From an uncultured bacterium (GTDB lineage Bacteria > Verrucomicrobiota > Verrucomicrobiia > Limisphaerales > UBA8199): DNA of 64,000 nt. A program made the position numbers and the translations under genes. Positions 61,186-64,000 of this stretch are shown here, one piece after another. The notes under the pieces are model-generated. The model made no database searches. It saw only the letters and a program-made list of their open reading frames with translations, and was not told the DNA's origin. The stretch covers positions 160,001 to 224,000 of the forward strand of contig CAVVMW010000005.1 of the NCBI GenBank assembly GCA_963749495.1, written 5' to 3'. Each line of letters opens with the position of its first letter. Position 1 is the stretch's first letter.

Positions 61186-61469
61186 TGGCGGAGGAGTTTA
61201 CGGCAAGGGCCGGCGAAATCAACCCTGTGAATTCTTCGCGTCTGGCGACACACGCTTTGAATAGTCGGCACACACCTATTCCCGCTGTTGATGCGAGCCA
61301 AGGACAATTGTCCAGCACGGGTGACGGCTGTGACGCTGTAGCCGAAAGGCTCGACAAGGGAATGGGGTTGGGACTTAAATGCGGCTGCTCCGGGGTTCCC
61401 GAGTGGGAACCGTGCCCGGAGACGCATGAAGCAAAGACCACTTGAACCAGAAGGGAGAATTCGATGAAC

Positions 61470-61606
61470 ACGTGTATCTGTTCGCGGCCTCACAAGGGTT
61501 GGCGGCCTGGTTCCACAACTGCAACAAGGAGGCCACGGCGAAGGAGTTCAAATTGCGCCCGGAACAACGAGTGCTGTTCGCGCAGACCGTCGGGTATCCC
61601 GCTTAG
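61470..61606 (+). pseudogene. C-terminal fragment of a nitroreductase/SagB-like gene
   Basis: VYLFAASQGLAAWFHNCNK..LRPEQRVLFAQTVGYPA stop. Confidence 0.6.
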
Positions 61607-61892
61607 CTGCCCCTCGGGCCAGAGATAATAATGCCGCCATGCCCGATACGCGTGCCCAAGCTGACGAGGCGGACATCCTGAGCGGCGACCGCATTGGTTC
61701 GGGCGGACGACCAGATGCTCGCCAGCTTGCGGCCCAGGTCGGCCATCCTAAAAAAGTAACCTCCGTTGAAGAGACCAAGGCAGGCGTTGTTTCTTCCCTT
61801 CCCTGATTGTATCTATGCGGATGCAACCGCGATGACATGGGGCTGCCCCAATGCCGGCCAGTCCCCACCCGGGATCGCTGAGCGGCTCTGTC

Positions 61893-62125
61893 TTCCGCGT
61901 ATTCCGCGTATTCCGCGGTTGCCCTCAGTTGCCATAGCCATATCGGCCCCGCTCCGCCACGATGCGCTCCATTTGGAGCTTGAGATAACGGCCAAAGTTG
62001 ACCAACAGCCCGAGCTTGAACCGGGTCGCCTTGAGGTAGTTTTGAATAAGATTGGCTTTCATGGCGGGCGAGGCTAGCACAGCTCCGAGGAAGAATGAAC
62101 CGCGGAATACGCGGAATACGCGGAA
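61893..62125 (-). pseudogene. GxxExxY-protein 3' fragment bracketed by a perfect 28-bp inverted 9-mer repeat
   Basis: NYLKATRFKLGLLVNFG..MERIV between TTCCGCGTATTCCGCGTATTCCGCGGTT (61893-61920) and its reverse complement (62098-62125). Confidence 0.7.
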
Positions 62126-62614
62126 ATGAACAGGTCTAATGGTTACTATTTTGTCCCGCACCCAGCAAGGGGCGGGGCATTGGTTGCGCCAGAGCATTGG
62201 CATCGATGCTGCGGCAGCACAGATCATATTTCCCTGGCCGGAGGTCGGTCAGCAAAGGAAGAACGCGCACCTCGTGAGGTGGCTCTCGCTGTCGTTGTTC
62301 CAGCCGGCGCAGGCCGCCTCAAGCTGGAAAACATACGAACCCGCGACTCGTCATGGCCCGGCAGCCCGGTGTACGGCTCTGAGTGCTGGCGGCGGCTCTA
62401 TTTCCAGCACCTCGCGTCAATGAACCGGGTTCGCAGGCAGGCGGACATGTTTGAGAACCGCATCGAGCAGCGGACCCGCGCCGGGGTCGAGCATTCAGGG
62501 CTGCCGCAATCAAGAGCGGCGCTTGCAACCGGGCCGTCTCGGAGAGGCTGACCAATCGCCGAGCACGAAGTTCCGACAAGCTGTCCTGGCAGCGCGGGGT
62601 TGGCCTGCTGGCAA

Positions 62615-64000
62615 CTACCGGCTCAGCCGGAAGAAGCGCTGTGTGCCCGAGATGGGATTGGTAACTGTGTTTTGCCCGTTGAGGACAACTGGCCCCGCAG
62701 AATCGGCGGCCCAGACCGCCGATGAACCAAGGTTCGTGGCGGACTGTAAAGCATACCCGGTTGCGTTGGCGGGCCACGTCAAAATAACGTTGGCGCGGGA
62801 AGGAGTGATCGTCAGTTCCGGTGCGAACGAAAGACTGAACACCGTGCCATTGCCTAAACGGCCGCCATAATACGCTGTCCCATACAGGGTGTTGCCCGAT
62901 AAAATCAATCCGGCTTGCGGATTAGCTCCGCCGCTGTTGGTGGTATCAGTGGCAGCATCGAGGGCCGTGAAACTATACAGGTTTGCAAAACCCGTGCCAT
63001 CGGTGTTGACCGCGAACACCGTGCCATTGCCCGAACTGCCGCCATAATACGCTGTCCCATACAGGGTGTTGCCCGATAAAATCAACCCGGCAAACGGATT
63101 AGCTCCGTCGCTGTTGGCGGTAGCAGTAGCAGCATCGAGGGCCGTGAAACTATACAGGTTTGTAAAACCCGTGCCATCGGTGTTGACCGCGAACACCGTG
63201 CCGTTGCCTGAACTGCCGCCATAAGACGCTGTCCCATACAGGGTGTTGCCCGATACAATCAACCCATTCGGCTCAACTCCGTCGCTGTTGGTGGCATCAG
63301 TGGCAGCATCGAGGGCCGTGAAACTATACAGGTTCGTAAAACCCGTGCCATCGGTGTTGACCGCGAACACCGTGCCATTGCCGGAACTGCCGCCAAAGGT
63401 TGCCGTCCCATACAGGGTTTTGCCCGATACAATCAATCCGGCAAACGGATTAGCTCCGTCGCTGTTGATGGTATCAGTGGCGGCATCGAGAGCCGTGAAA
63501 CTATGCAGGTTTGTAAAACCCGTGCCATCGGTGTTGACTGCGAACACCGTGCCGTTGCCCGAACTGCCGCCATAGGCTGCCGTCCCATACAGGGTTTTGC
63601 CCGATACAATCAACCCGGCAAACGGATTGGCTCCGTCGCTGTTGGTGGTATCAGTGGCAGCATCGAGGGCCCTGAAACTATACAGGTTTGTAAAACCCGT
63701 GCCATCGGTGTTGACCGCGAACACCGTGCCATTGCCCGAACTGCCGCCAAAGGTTGCCGTCCCATACAGGGTTTTGCCCGATAAAATCAATCCATTCGGC
63801 TCAGTTCCGTCGCTGTTGATGCCAGTAAGGGGATTAGTTGCCGTGAAATTGTGCAGGGTCATGAACCCCGAGCCATCAGTGTTGACGGCGAACACCGTGC
63901 CATTGCCCGAACTGCCGCCAAAGGTTGCCGTCCCATACAGGGCCTTTCCCGATAAAACCAATCCATACGGATTTCCATACGGATTAGCTCCGTCGTTGCC
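62615..64000 (-). CDS. GloVer-like repeat protein (5' end outside the window)
   Basis: Near-identical GLILSG.TLYGTA..GSSGNGTVFAVNTDGTGFTNL repeats. Ends TQRFFRLSR. Confidence 0.85.
   Translation of the reverse strand, partial: GNDGANPYGNPYGLVLSGKALYGTATFGGSSGNGTVFAVNTDGSGFMTLHNFTATNPLTGINSDGTEPNGLILSGKTLYGTATFGGSSGNGTVFAVNTDGTGFTNLYSFRALDAATDTTNSDGANPFAGLIVSGKTLYGTAAYGGSSGNGTVFAVNTDGTGFTNLHSFTALDAATDTINSDGANPFAGLIVSGKTLYGTATFGGSSGNGTVFAVNTDGTGFTNLYSFTALDAATDATNSDGVEPNGLIVSGNTLYGTASYGGSSGNGTVFAVNTDGTGFTNLYSFTALDAATATANSDGANPFAGLILSGNTLYGTAYYGGSSGNGTVFAVNTDGTGFANLYSFTALDAATDTTNSGGANPQAGLILSGNTLYGTAYYGGRLGNGTVFSLSFAPELTITPSRANVILTWPANATGYALQSATNLGSSAVWAADSAGPVVLNGQNTVTNPISGTQRFFRLSR

Noticed and set aside
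128..61230. Long antisense or alternate-frame ORFs (e.g. 128..1996, 22360..24402, 46201..47763, 47469..49376, 54926..56380, 59950..61230)
   Set aside because: Shadow ORFs of GC-rich genes with recognisable products on the other strand; Arg/Gly/Ala-rich with no motifs.
61300..61420. Structured ncRNA (AGCCGAAAGGCT and GGTTCCC..GGGAACC hairpins)
   Set aside because: Isolated short hairpins, single copy, no recognisable family consensus.

Overview
GC-rich bacterial DNA. The gene families and repeat styles point to a soil/peat Verrucomicrobiota genome (Pedosphaera/Limisphaerales-like); this is inferred from family content, as there is no rRNA marker. The window holds: (i) many secreted repeat proteins (LamG/PA14-like, GloVer-type beta-propeller paralogues, two giant NHL/RCC1/PQQ/Ig mosaics) that share a C-terminal '..W..LQ..W..(F/Y)(F/Y)R' domain; (ii) an IS701-like element whose transposase carries a DUF4338-like N-terminus, and an IS630 element, both hitting the same GloVer gene; (iii) a 12-20 kb zone where small orphan genes alternate with a non-coding repeat built around a covarying 25-bp palindrome TCAACTG-N11-CAGTTGA; (iv) a 35-38.5 kb array of three toxin-antitoxin pairs interleaved with GGGGTCA-ended, internally deleted RAYT (HUH/Y1 transposase) elements, the best candidate for an undescribed cassette system; (v) a six-gene sugar/aminosugar catabolic cluster; (vi) an EF-P paralogue with Gln at the normally Lys/Arg loop tip; (vii) many gene relics, single-base frameshifts and REP/MITE-type repeats. 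Halves of a pilin-like gene at 6.7-7.1 kb (-) and 49.7-50.1 kb (+) suggest a ~43 kb inversion. No tRNA, rRNA, CRISPR array, reverse transcriptase or integron integrase was seen. All family calls come from motifs recognised by eye, not database searches.
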